A stretch of DNA of 64,000 nucleotides from the human T2T-CHM13v2.0 reference genome, Homo sapiens (GCF_009914755.1 NC_060938.1); one strand, 5' to 3'; numbered from the stretch's first letter, positions 30,984 to 44,129 are shown. The notes: a model not told the origin generated them from the sequence alone. Numbers and translations are program-made.

Positions 30984-31312
30984 TGTATTAGGGTTCTTTA
31001 GAGGGTCAGAGCTACTAGGTATATATAAAGGGGAGTTTATTAAGTATTAACTTACATGATCTCAAGGTCCTGCAATAGGCCATCTGCAAACTGAGGAGCA
31101 AGGAGAGCCAGTCCAAGTCCTAAAACTGAAGAACTTGGAGTATGATGTTCAAGGTCAGGAAGCAGCCAGCATGTGAGAACGATGTAGTCTGTGAGGCTAG
31201 GCCAGTCTCTCTTTTCACATTTTTCTGCCTGCTTATATTCTAGCCATGCTGGCAGTTGATTAGATTGTGGCCACCCAGATTAAGGGTGGGTCTGCCTTTC
31301 CCAGCCCACTGA
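30984..31312 (-). mobile_element. MLT2A1-like (HERV-L) LTR, missing its 5' part
   Basis: TGTATTAGGGTTCT…GGGGAGTTTATTAAG…GAAGAACTTGGAGT…CCCAGATTAAGGGTGGGTCTGCCTTTCCCAGCCCACTGA. Confidence 0.88.
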
Positions 31313-31899
31313 AAAGTCAATAGTTAACTCTAGGCATGTATTACAGTTACCTGGAATGTTTTTAAAAACATAATAATGCCTGGACCACTCCTTCGCTGTG
31401 TTAAATCAGGATATCTGAGCATGGGAACTTTGCATCGAGATTTTTGAAGCAGCTTAGAGATTTTAACATGTTAAGAAATGCTGACAATAAGCAAATACAA
31501 TTTTATTTAACTTTAAAGGTATGAATCCAGAGCTGCAGTCCATAAGGCCATAAGAAATATAGGCATGGGTATAAAGGGACATGGAAGCCAAAAAGCCATC
31601 ATCTGGCCATCTGAATCTGGCCCTGCGATTGTCTCTTCACTCATGAATACGTGATTTTACTTGCCAGCAGAAACAGCTGACAGAGGATAGCCTCTGCCTC
31701 CCATCTGCCTTCCAACCAAGCAAGTATCATTTGATGACTTTTCACCTCTGCAGAATAGTACGACACCATAAAAGAGGGGTGGAAATGGGGTTGAGATCTA
31801 CAGCCTAAGTATCCCTCACTGACTCCCAATATAGCCAGGTGATTTGACTGGTTATTTATTCTTGGCCTCCTTCAAGGTTTTCACCTGACCCACACAAAC

Positions 31900-32520
31900 C
31901 TTGGTGTCCCCGAGGTTCTATCCTCAGCCATGGCTTTTCTTGCCCAACAGGCTAATGGATGATTCATACTTGGAGATTCGTACTTGGGAGATCACCTCCA
32001 TTCTCTTGCCCTCAGCTAGTATTTAACTCAATATCTGTAGCTAACACCTCTCCCCTGAACTTCAAATTAATATATCCAACTCTCTGCCAGACAGCTCCAG
32101 TTAGATATTCCAGGTAATGTGAAGTCAACCTATCACTAAGGCTGTACTTGTTTCTCTTCTTATTGCGATTCCAGTTACTATGAATGTCACCATCATCGAC
32201 CCAGGCACCCAGGCTGCATTCCTCAACTATATGTAGAGCTCATTCCTTTGCCTCATCTCTCATATTCGCTATCCAAGAACTACCTGTTTTGTCATCTAAA
32301 TCTTTCTCATTCATCTTGTCCTCTCCAGCCCTGCTACCACTGTCCTAGTTCAAGCCCCTGTCGTTTCCCACCTAGATTTCTGCAGCAGCTTCCTAGTTGA
32401 TTTTCCTAGATCCAGTCTTCAACTCAGCTCTGTCTTCTGTGTAGTTGACAATGATGGTATTATACACAAGCTTGATTACATCAGCTACCTGCTCAAACCT
32501 GTTCCATGGTTCTTCAACAC
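31900..32520 (+). mobile_element. L2 fragment
   Basis: Degenerate L2 3'-region motifs (CTCTCCCCTGAACTTCA…ATATCCAAC…CTAGTTCAAGCC…CACCTAGA). Confidence 0.65.
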
Positions 32521-33312
32521 CTGTTGCAATGGCCTTAAACTCTGCTGCACATCAAAATCTATATAGAGTCTATTATAAGGCATTATCTTGGGAGCTTAAA
32601 ACTATCAATACCTAAGCCTCACTTCAGACCAATTGAATCAAGTCCCTAAGGTTAGAATTTGGGAATCAATATTTTTAAAAAGCTTCCTAAGTGATTTTAA
32701 TATGTAGCTAGTGCATATGAGGCCTGATTCTGTGTTGGTTGTCTGTTGCTACCCAACAAAACTTTGTGCAACAACTCAGTGGCTTAAAAAAAATCATCAT
32801 TTTATTATATCTCACAGTTTTGTGGATTGCAAATTCAAACAGGGCTTGTCTGAGCAAGCATTTTAACAAGTCAACAAGTCAACATTTTAACAAGCTCCTC
32901 AAGTAATTCCTATCTACAGTGAAGTTTGAGAATCAGTGACCTATAGGTCAAAGTCTAACATGCTTAAGTTATTTGAGGTCTTATTTTATCTGGCACTGGC
33001 CACACCTTGTCAGCTTTAACACTCTTCATTTTTCCCCCTGGACTTTAAGATTCAGGAACACTAACTAACTTAGTTTTCTGCACTTTGTTCTCCATGCTTT
33101 CGTTCATTGGTCTCTCTGTTCTTTGTTGTTAGACACCAACAAAGAAAATGTAGTAAACTTAAAGACACAGCAATTGAAACCAAAATTAAACAGAGAGAGA
33201 AAAGACTAAAAAAAGAAAAGAAAAGCAGAGCATCAGTGAGCTGTGGGATAATTTCAGGTGGCCTAATATATACGTTTTAGAGTCCAAGAAGGTGAGAAAA
33301 GGAGAAGTGAGT

Positions 33313-33474
33313 AATATATATATATTATTATATATATATATTTATATATTTATATATATATTTATATATAAAATTTATATATATAAATATATATTTATAA
33401 AATATTTTATATATATTATATATATTATATATAATATTTAATATATATAATATTATATATAATATATATTATAT
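33313..33474. repeat. AT-only low-complexity/(TA)n tract
   Basis: Direct read. Confidence 0.95.
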
Positions 33475-33545
33475 GAAACTTAATGACCAAAATGTTTTCT
33501 ATTTCTTGCAAATTATAATTGTACCATTTCAAGAAGCTCAATAAA

Positions 33546-33546
<1 letters not shown>

Positions 33547-33582
<36 letters not shown>
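33547..33582. repeat. (CA)n microsatellite
   Basis: Direct read. Confidence 0.97.
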
Positions 33583-33584
<2 letters not shown>

Positions 33585-36500
33585 TGAGGAAAATGACACT
33601 GAGGACATAATCAAATTGCTTAAAACTGGTGATGAGGAGAAAATCTTAAAAGTGGCCAGGGAAAAAAGATACATTATTTTTAGGAAAACACAGGTTAAAA
33701 TTTGCATTTAGTCACTAGAAACAGTGCAAGCCAGGAAATAGTGGAACAACATCTTTGGAGTATTAAAAGTTAACAAAAAATTCTGGAATTCTAAACTAGG
33801 GGTAGTTCAGAAATACTTACCAAAAACAAAGACTTTTGAACATACAAAAGCTAAAAGAATCCATCACCAGCAAACCTGCATTTCTATGACATTAAAGAAA
33901 GTCTTCAGGAGGAGGAAATTAGTCCACCAAGTATCAGATGGAAATCAGAATCTACATATAAAAGTATGAGGCACACCTGTAAATATAGCAAATATTTTTC
34001 TTATTTTTAGTCAATTCAAAATAAGTGGCCATCTAAAACCAAAATAGTAACAATGTGTTGTGAGGTTTATAACATATGTAGAAGCAAAATGTATGAGAAC
34101 AATAGACAAAGGCCCAGAGGGGAGAAATGAAAGTATACTGGTATAAGGTTCTTGTACTACATGTGAAGTAGAATAATATCACTTGAAGGTAGACTGTGAT
34201 TAATGAAAGATATATTCTGTAACCCTTAAAGCAACCACTAATATAAAACAGAAAAGGTTGTAACTGCTAAGCCAACAAAGAAGAAGAAGGAGAAGAAGGA
34301 GGATGTGGAGGAAGAGGAAGAGGAAAGCGGAGGAGGAAGAAGAAAGTGAGCATAAAGCCTGGAAAGGAAGAGGTAAAACTTGTCTTTACTTGCAGACAAC
34401 ATGATTGTGTATGGAGAAAATTCTACCAAATCTCCAATAACAACAACAACAAAAACAAAAACTAAAGCGGCATGATATGAGGTAGATAATTTAAAAATCA
34501 GTTGTATTTCTTTATACTAGCAGTAGACATAAATTTAAAGACAGTACTATTTACAATAGCATCAAAGATATAAAATATATGGGGGTACATTTGACAAAAT
34601 ATATGCAGGACTTTTATACTAAAACTAAAAAGGATTGTCAAGAGAAATTAAAGAAGACCTAAATAAATGGAGAGATACTGTGTTCGTGGATCAAAACACT
34701 CAATGTTGTTCATCTATCAAGTTGATCTATAGATTTAATGCAGTCCCAATGAAAATTCCAGCTGGTTTTTGAAGAAACTGACAAGCTGATCCTAGAATTC
34801 TAGAAGATCTTGAATGACCAAAGAAACTTTGAAGAAGATTCTACCTTTTTAAGAAGGTTCCTAGACATGATGCTGTTGCTAAGCCATAGACCACATTTTG
34901 TGTAGCAAGACAATACTGTATGAATATAACTAGATTTATATGTATCAACATAGATATATCTTAAAATAGTAGAAGGAAAAAAACAGTTTCAGAAAGATTT
35001 GTACAGTATGATAGCTTTGATGTCAAAATGTAAAAAACACAGAGTAGTACTATACATTGTTCACAGATACAAATTTAAGAGGAAAAAAGATTAAAAACAT
35101 ATACGTGGAGCTCAAAAAACAGGAAAGGTTGATTGTAAGAGGAAAGAAAAGGGAATAAATAGTGCTGAAGCGGGAAACAAGAATTTGCACTTTAACCCTA
35201 ATTATATGTTTTATTTATATTAAAAAACCCTGAAGGTAAAATCTAGAAGAATAACATTTTTTTCCTTCTGTTGGATGTGTATACAGAATTTTATAGCATA
35301 AGGTAAACTTTGACATATTTTAAACTTATAAAACAAATGCAAAAGGAAATTCATTTCCCTTTCCAACCTATTACACATTACAACTTCTATAATATTAATA
35401 GTGCCAGATCCAACCTATTACACAGTTCAACTTCTATCACAACCTATTACAAATCCAGCCTATTACACAGTTCACCTTCTATAATACTAATAGTGCCAGA
35501 AACCTCCACACCCAGTACAAAGGTGGTATGTTGTTACTGGACCTTGAAGACAGCCTCACCAAAGCCTCACAAAATACAAGGTAGCATCAGATAATGTCTT
35601 GGTAGAGACCCTAGCACACTCTCATTTTTGTGGCCTCAGGCTCCCTAAGCGAATGCCACTTTGCAATGATATTTTCTTTCTTTAGTCATCAGCTTGTGCT
35701 CTAGTGTAGTTGAAATTTATGGACTATACATGTATATGACTGATGCAATTTGATTATAATGTGATATTTTGCATGTAGGTGGCAATGCTATGCTTCAAAT
35801 GCAAGTGTGGGAATAGCTGTAGCCATATGATGTTAAAGGGTGGGATACTTTAGCCTGGTCACATATGATTTGACAAGACAGTGCAGCCTTCATGCCTGGC
35901 TGCTCTCTTTCAGAGACAGGTCAACATTAGCTGGCCTCCTGAAAGGAAGAGCTCCAGAGCAGTTTAAGGAATGAGGATAGTCCCTAGTTTGTATTACTAT
36001 AGTTGCAGCTCCTGAGACCTTTTAAATTCAGGTTATTTCTTCCCTCAAATGGATAGAGAAGGAACCAACTTCCCAGGAACACATAGGCCGTCAGAACAAC
36101 TCCTTCCTCACAGCCAGATTGCATTGAGTCCCACCTGAATTGGTGAGAAACTTTAGCCCTTTAATTTTATATGAATCCTCCCTCTTCCCCCAACTCGGTA
36201 ATGGGAGGACAGTGAGTGCCATTAAAGTGTGGTTGTTTTTGATGTCTACTCTGAGTCTGTGCTTTTGTGTAGAAGAAAAAGGTCACACTTCACTTCCGGA
36301 ATTAGAGAATGGATCTTAACCACACTGGGAGACTTAGTTGGGTGCAGGGCTCCCCTCAGCTGTGATGAGGGAGCCTCGGCTTATGATCCAGCCTTCCACT
36401 TACTTATCCAGCCTCTGCAGTCAGTGTCAAGCCCAGAATCTGCAGTCTGGGCCCTGGCAGGTTCACAGAGGTGCCCCTCTAGAAATGGAACTTGGCCCTT

Positions 36501-38614
36501 GTCCCTCTAGGCACCTGTGAAGGTGGGAATCCATTGCAGTCATTGTTGGGGAAACTGGAATGATGCCACTGTACCTTGAGGCCAGAGATCTTGTCACCAC
36601 TCTGGCAAAAAGAGAAGAATGATCTTCTGTATTTTGCCCAAACACGGAGGCAGGGAAAGAGAAGGAAGAGTTGTCAGGAAGGGTTATCGAGCCCGAAAGT
36701 GCTGCAGTGCTTAATATACAGCCATTCAGTTTCACAAAGCTAAGCTTTGTTTCTACAACAACACATGCTGTCACCTGCACTAGGTCGGGATGACTCTGGT
36801 ATCACCTGTTGGACCATTTCTGAAATCCCCTTCCATTCTGGTTTCCTGGGCCAGACTCCTTGTTCCCTGTGATAACTTTTCTCTGAAGACTTGAATGTCC
36901 TTCTGGCTCCCATTGAGATCAAGCCAGCCCATCAGACATGGCTGCAATTCCCAACAGTGGACAGGATCAAGTCCTTTGTCTTCCCCAGGAAGCTTCAGTC
37001 CCCTTGTAAATTAGTGGAAGGGAGAGCAAATGTCAAGGGGAGGAGCAGAGTCCAGTCCTACTTACCAGAAGCTTCAAGGGCTGGTTAGTGCCTCATGGAG
37101 ACTCTGTTGTCAGCAGGTTACCCCTTGTTTCCCTTTGGTTTCCATTTGATTCTAACATGAACTCTGTGAGCTGGATAGTATCTAGATATTCCAGTTGGGA
37201 CTCAGTGAATTATAAGTGAAATGGTCATTTACAGAAGAGAGAAATTAGTCAGAGAAGGTAAAATGAGCCGCATTTTAAAAGAGAAAGATTTAGAAAGTAA
37301 CTGTGAAAAGTGACATTTTAAGTTCAGAGTGTTTAGGGAGGGTTAATAGCCCAAGCAAATAATTCAAAGACAGAATGAGCTTGGTACACATAGGGAGAGA
37401 GTGCACAGACAGCCCTGCTGGGACAGAACTTATGATGGTCCAGATTCAGATAAGTGGAGTGAGGCCTGTCTCCAGGGGTATCCAAAGTTAGGCAGGTGAG
37501 GCAAAGGATGTTATTAAGCAAGGACAGAAAGATCTCCTAGTATAAAAATTCTGTGGGCTGAGGACAGGGCCAAGAGAATGACAGGAGAGAAAAATCTTGG
37601 GGACAGTAGGTTGGAAGTTACCGCAGCAACTCAAGCAAGAAAGGCCCAATCTAGGGTGGGAATAGAAAAGAAAGGACAAATCTGAGGCATTTCAGGATAA
37701 TAGGCCACAGTAACAGACAGAGGATAATGAGGATGTAAGAGTCTAAAGTGTGCAGGATATAAATGGGACTGTAGAAAACAGGAGCCATTTTGGAAGGAAG
37801 AACCAATTATCTTTGGGACATGTTACACTTGAAGCAACGGAGCAGTTTGAAATCCAACAAAAGATAAATTTTTAAAGAAAGTATCTATTAATTATAAAGT
37901 TGGAGTTGAACTCTTGAGAAGAGCAATTTAAGACTTAGTTTCTATATTATAAAGTAGCCCTTCAATGTCTGAGATTTTCCAAGGTAGACCTGCGTGAAGT
38001 GGTCTCAGGAGTTCGGAATAAGAGGACAGTCACAGGATAACATTCTGTACTGTGGGATGATCATGTGGAATGTCATAAGACCAGAAGACAAAGTGCTACC
38101 ATGGAGAGAAGTAGCTTATTCATTTGTTATTCAGCCATATCACATCAGAATCAGAAGTATGGATACCACAGTTAAAAAGAAATCAAGTTTCTAAGGTCTC
38201 CAGGGCTTTGACTATTATTTCAGTAAAAGACATAGTTTAACTAAAATCCCAAAATATTGTTGGGAAACTTGAGCTAGAAGTTAGAGTTGATTCAATAACA
38301 TAATGAGAAAAATTGCTCTTCTAATCTGAACTGTGTTCTGGAAAACCCTTTTGATTTACTGGACATCTTGTAGGTTTTAATCATGCAAAGGTAATCCTGG
38401 AGCTTCAGAAATTTGAGTGGCTGCATATTAAAGGCAGTGTTGGGTTTGGCATGTGGATTATCTGGAGTATGAGGGAGTGATGAGCCCAGGGGTGGGGCCG
38501 GTCTGAAGCATCTCTGCACAGCATGGTGAGTGTAAAATCTTGGTGGGTGAGAGGCCAGCAAGGATGTGTAATGTTCAACTTAAAATTGCTTGAAATATTA
38601 TGTTTAAAATATCT

Positions 38615-39720
38615 CCTCTTTGGAATAGACAAAAAATTTCTGAAGACAGGACTTAGAATATATAAACCATAAAAGAAAAAATTCAATAAATTTGACCTCA
38701 TCAAAGTTAAAAACCTTTGCTCATCAAACAACAGCATTAATGAGATGAATAGACAAGCCACAGAGCAGGAGAAAATGTTGGCAGAATATATACCTGAGAG
38801 AGGGCTTTTATCCAGAATGTATAAAGAGCTCTTATAATTCCTTAGTAAGAAGACAGCTCAGTAAAACAGGCAAGAGACTTAACAAACACTTCACCAAAAT
38901 AAGATATATGAATGGCAAATAAGCACATGAAATGATTTTCAACATGAAATCATAGGGGAAAAGCAAATTAAAACCACAGTGAGATACCATTACGTGTCTG
39001 CTAGAACATCTAGCACTAAAAAGACTGCTAATTGTAAGTGTTGGTGTGGATGTAGAGAAAGTAGCATTCTCATGTTGTGCTGGTGGGATTCTAAAATGGT
39101 ACAATGATTTTGAAAAGTAGTATGGCAGTTTTATGAAATTAATCATACCTAACACACGGCCCAGCGATTCCCAATCCGGGGTATTTTTTCCAAAGAAAAC
39201 AACACATGCATCCACACAGACTTTTAAATAAATGTACATAGCAGATTTAGCCATACTAGACAGACAACTCAGTAACACCAGATGTCCACCAACAGGTGAA
39301 TGGATAAACATTTTGCAGTACAGTCATACAATAGGATACTACTCAGAGGGGAAAAATACTTAAGTACTGATACTTAACAACAACATAGATGAATCTCAAA
39401 AACATTGTGTAGAGCAAAATAAGCCAGACACAAAAAAATACATATGGTATGATTTGATTTATATAAAATTCTAAGACAGACAAAACTAATGTATAAAGAC
39501 AGAAAGCGGATCACTGGCCGTCTGGGACTAGGGGTGGGGTGGGGAAGAAATTGACCAAGGGGCCAAGAGAACTTTGTAGTATGATGGAAGTGTTCTATAT
39601 CTTAATTATGGTGGTGGCTACAAAATAACTACCTGAGTAAAACCTCAGCGAACTGTACTCTCAGAAGGGATGCATTTTACTATGTTTAAATAATATCTCT
39701 ATAAACTTGATTTTTAAAAT
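38615..39720 (+). mobile_element. L1MD/L1ME-type 3' end (ORF2 tail plus 3' UTR)
   Basis: GCAAATTAAAACCACAGTGAGATACCA…AACAGGTGAATGGATAAAC…GATGAATCTCAAAAACAT…AAGCCAGACACAAAA…ATAAACTTGATTTTTAAAA. Confidence 0.85.
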
Positions 39721-40332
39721 CTTCTTTTCTTACCCCAAATATTCAGTAAAGTACCTTCCACATATAAAGCCTTGTAAGTGTTTTTGGAAATTCAAATATT
39801 TACATCAGGATTAATGTTGTGTCGAATAAAATAACACATTTGAATTAGTGAGAGCAACCCTAAATTGAATGATTTAAGCAAGGTCAGCCTCTTTGAGCCC
39901 ACAGTAAAACTGAGAAGATAAACTCACACTCTGCCATGTCCTTTCACCACCACTTTCCCAGAAAGTTACAGAAAGCTCAGGGCGGGGGAGATTTGGACCT
40001 CTACGAGACATAGAATAAGGATGCAAGGCAAACTTACCTCCATCTCAAGGGGCAGGGAGATCCCAGCTGCCATGTGGGTTATATTAAGAATAACCTTTAC
40101 TGGGCCATTCTGATATGGCTTGCTGGGTTTGGATATGTGTTTGAAAACTTTGTGTGGAAGCTTGAAGAATTTGGACAAACTCTCAGTAATTTTTATTATG
40201 TACTCACCAATGAGATCCAGTGATGATGTTTAGTCCAGTCATGTTTGTTTTTTTTTTAGTCCAGTCAATTTTTTTCCTGCCCTTTGTAAAGGCTTCCAAA
40301 ACCAATCTTTTCTCCCCTTCTCCCTTCCTTGC

Positions 40333-40363
<31 letters not shown>

Positions 40364-40366
40364 TCT

Positions 40367-40595
40367 TTCTTTCTTTCTTTTTTTGAGACGGAGTCTCTCT
40401 CTGTCGCCCAGGCTGGAGTGCAGTGGCGTGGTTCAGGAGATTCTTCTGCCTCAGCCTCCTCAGTAGCTGGGACTACAGGCACACACCACCACGCCCAGCT
40501 AATTTTTGTATTTTTAGTAGAGACAGGGTTTTATCATATTGGCCAGGCTGGTCTCGAACTCCTGACCTTATGATCTGCCTGCCTCGGCTTCCCAA
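40367..40595 (-). mobile_element. AluS, 5'-truncated, with an internal deletion of about 30 bp
   Basis: GGCGTG is joined directly to GTTCAGG at ~40430, so the ATCTCGGCTCACTGCAACCTCCGCCTCCC segment is missing. CT/TTTC tail. Confidence 0.9.
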
Positions 40596-41859
40596 CCTCT
40601 CCCTTTCTTTTTCATTATTTCCCTCTCCTTTTCCCTTTTCCTTTCCCTCTTCCTATTTTCCCCTTTCTCTGCCTTCTCCTCTGTGCCTCTTTTCTTCTTA
40701 CTTTCTGCTTCTCCATACCTTTTCTACCTTTATTTACTTAAATATTGTTTTATGCAATACATTTGTCATTCTAGTAAAAAGACCATTAATTGTGTAAAAT
40801 AAAAACAAACAATGATTCTACAATATTAAGCATTATTTTTGTTTATCCCCAAAAAGTGAAAGCTGGACTTCAAACAATTTGTTTAAAGGGCAGCACTCAT
40901 GAGAGTGGCTTGGATCCAGACTTCGCTGAGTTATTACCAGAAAAAAGAAACACAAAAACTGACCAAAGGCCTAGCTAATTTATGAATGAGAGCCTTGAAT
41001 CAATTCACACAAAGAACGTAGCCGTCCTCACACTGTTCGCCTGTCGCTACTTGTAAGTTTGTAGCATTTCATAGTAAATAACAACAGATAATGTTACTCC
41101 AGACACAAGTGCCCAGCGGACTCGCCTACCAGGGTGGCAGAGGACGATAAGTGTTATTGTTGTGTTTCTTTTGTTGGGATTTTTTAAAGTCTGAACTTGG
41201 TAAAACTAAAAACACATAATCAATTTTGAGACAGACGTAAAATCTTCTCGGCATTTCTCTCTCAAGAGAGGACAAAAATAAGCAGCCTCCAGTGCAAGAA
41301 ATGACTGTGGTTCCATGGAAAGCTTTGACTCTGTTTGCCTTCCCCATCCATTCGAGCACTCCAAGAGCAGCGTACAATTATGGAGAAAAACCCTTTGCAA
41401 ACTTGTTCTGAAAGGGTTATTTTGGGGAAAGTGTAATTGAAAAAAATCATGGCCAGTTGGTTTAGAATTTGCTCATGTAAAATGCATGTGTGTTTGCCTT
41501 CCACAATGCACAAAGGGTTTCTGTTATAAGCCGCCCTTGTACCAGTGAGGAGGGTTGGCCTACTGGCAAATTTATCAAGGGATTTCTCAGATTAAGTACT
41601 GTTTGTCTGTGAAATCTTTTGCAGATAGTGAAATTATTTTAGTTCACTCTAGTATCCTCCAGATTTGTATATTAAAAAATTGAACCTATGAGTTGTTACA
41701 ATGCTAGGATCTAATTAGACACACTATGCAGATATGGCTTTTGCAAGAAGCTATGACATCCAGCTAATGTCAACAAGCTTAATTTAAGAATAAAGAAAGA
41801 TGTCCCAAATAATCTAATGGTTTCTGGCAGGAAACAGGTGAAGAAAAATAAAGAAGAAA

Positions 41860-42070
41860 GGATGGAAGAGAGGAAGGGAGGGAGGGAGGGAGGAAGGGAG
41901 GGAGGAAGTGAATGAGGGAGGGAGGAAGGAAGAAAGGGAGGGAGGGAGGAAGTGAATGAGGGAGGGAGGAAAGAAGGAAGGAAGGAAGTGAATGAGGGAG
42001 GGAGGAAGGAAGGAAAGAAGGGAATGAGGGAAGGAGGGAGGGAGGGAGGAAAGGAAGGAAGGAAGGAAGG
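41860..42070. repeat. GA-rich minisatellite/low-complexity tract
   Basis: GGAG/GGAA repeats with three GGAAGTGAATGAGGGAGGGAGGA units. Confidence 0.95.
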
Positions 42071-44129
42071 TTCCTCTCACATTGAAATTAGAAATTTTGC
42101 TGGAAAATGAAATCCATTCTTCTGCCACCAGAAGCATCCATTTTCAGCACATGGATCACTGCTTCCGAATAGGGTGCCAGCTGTGTGCCATACATGCTGT
42201 TGGCAGGGAAAGATTCTGCTTTGAAACCTCAGGTTGGTGTCATATCACCAGAAGATCAACCAACCTGGAAGGCCAAGGATGTCATTTATCTTAAAAAGAC
42301 GAGATGGGAAAGGTGAGCTCCCTAGCCCACAATGCTCAATCATGTGAAGGAAATCAAGTCCCTCCTGTAGGTCCCACCAGCATCCACCATGGCGAAACTC
42401 TGGGATAACAGTGATGTAGAACATGTGGCCAGAATGTGCTTTCCATTTCAGTGCAAGCTCCTAGAGGGTAGGGCACACACCTCTGTCCCCGCAGGGGAAA
42501 ATAATAATAACTGGAGTTCGAAGGGGGAAACTGGGAATGCGTCAAGGTCAGATAGGAAGCTAGAGGCTGAGCAGGATTTAATCCGAGTCGTCTGACTACA
42601 GGTTCTTAACCCCCATTCTACACTGCCTGCCCTGTATGGGGAGAGGGGCAGCATTAGGAATGTTTGTTATTGACAGCTTCCAATTTCTAGGATTCTTTTC
42701 CATGATCCATTAGTCAACCTCCCTTACTTTATCGCCACCCCCAAATAGTAGTACAGACAAAGGCAAAGATGTCCCTGTAGGTTATACAGAGAAAAAATAA
42801 GAAAATACTTGTCTCCCCAGTACCAGCAGCTTTTCACTGCAGCAAAAGCTTGAAGCTCTGAAAAGTAACGAGAAAATGGGATGGGGAGGGAGAGGGGCAG
42901 GAATGAGATAATCAGCATGCAAGTTACAGGATGCATTTTTCTGTTTACCCAGGAATGTCTGGTTTGGGCTTATCTTGATCACTCTTTGTGCTTCTTTTAA
43001 TGTAGACAAAGGAAGCTGTGAAGCAGAGAGCTGAAGAGAACTCCAAAGGTATTGGACATAGCCAAAAGTCTAAGGGATTTCAGCTGAAATCCAATAGGAG
43101 CAAGAGGGGGAGGGTCATTATTTATGCTCTTCCTAAGCTGGGGAGGGGAAGCGGGTTGCCAGGGAGAGAATCTGCTCTGTGTATCTGATTCCATATAGCT
43201 AGCATTCCAGCTCCAGCCCACAAAGATTGGTGAATACAATGATATATTGGAAGATAAATCATTGCAGAGTCAACGGAAAGAAAAATCTTACCCCAGTGTA
43301 CAGTTCTAACCCCAGGGGAGCACATCTACTGTCCATTAGGTATTCACAAAGGTAAACAGATTGTTATAATGGCTGCAGAGCACAAAGGCTACAGGCCATC
43401 AAACAAAAGGACTAAATGCATTGACATCAGAAACCTCTGGGAAGGGAGTCGTTAGCTGTGAACAGGCAGCAGCTGGTGAGACAATGTCCCCGTAGTCCCC
43501 AGAGCAGGAACTCAGATGTACCACCAGCAGTTGTGAGTTGCTTAGTCTTTTGTCAGTCTCCACCTACCACCGTTTCTAGACCCCAACCCCCATCCCCTGC
43601 CCCAATTCCATCTCTCAAATCAACCTTTGGACTTTAATAAAGAGACGTGTGCAATTTTAACAGCTTATTAAAATCTCCAGTCCCACCTGTGCAGACTTGC
43701 CTTTTTACTAATCGTTTTTATAATCTAAGACTACCTCACTCATCTGGTAAGTGTCAGCGATGATTTGTTACACAGGTGTGTGGTTAGAGTTTCTGCAGAG
43801 AAACGTCCTAGGTCAAACCAGTGTAGCCAGAACCCTTCCAAGAGACCAACTCTGGGCAAAAACTGCTTTTCAAAATGTGGAATCAAAAATTTTCTTTCAT
43901 AGTAATAGAGCAAAATCAAAGAACAGTTTGGAAAGAATTGTTTTTGTAATTGATTTAACTATATATTCAAATATTATTCAGTAGTCGTGAATATTTTTCA
44001 TAGGCCTACTTTGTCAGGATGACAATTTTTTTTTTCTGCAAGGTTTGTGTGAGAAACCCTAATAGGAAAAGTGGGATTAACTGATGGTTTTGACTTACTC
44101 TCTTTATGTACTTCCTGCATGGAACTGGG

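Larger units (their letters stand above)
33130..34830 (+). mobile_element. Old L1M fragments (ORF1- and ORF2-derived)
   Basis: CAGAGCATCAGTGAGCTGTGGGATAA…; TTTGCAGACAACATGATTGTGTAT-type RT remnant near 34390; AAAGAAGACCTAAATAAATGGAGAGA. Confidence 0.8.

Noticed and set aside
36229-37088. Cluster of overlapping 60-105-aa ORFs as a possible exon or processed pseudogene
   Set aside because: No recognisable protein similarity, polyA/TSD or consistent splice frame. A BLASTX search would be needed to exclude it fully.
38832-39311. 159-aa minus-strand ORF
   Set aside because: Antisense reading of an old L1 3' end.
41814-42137. Pro/Ser/Leu-rich 107-aa ORF
   Set aside because: Translation of the GA-rich low-complexity tract.
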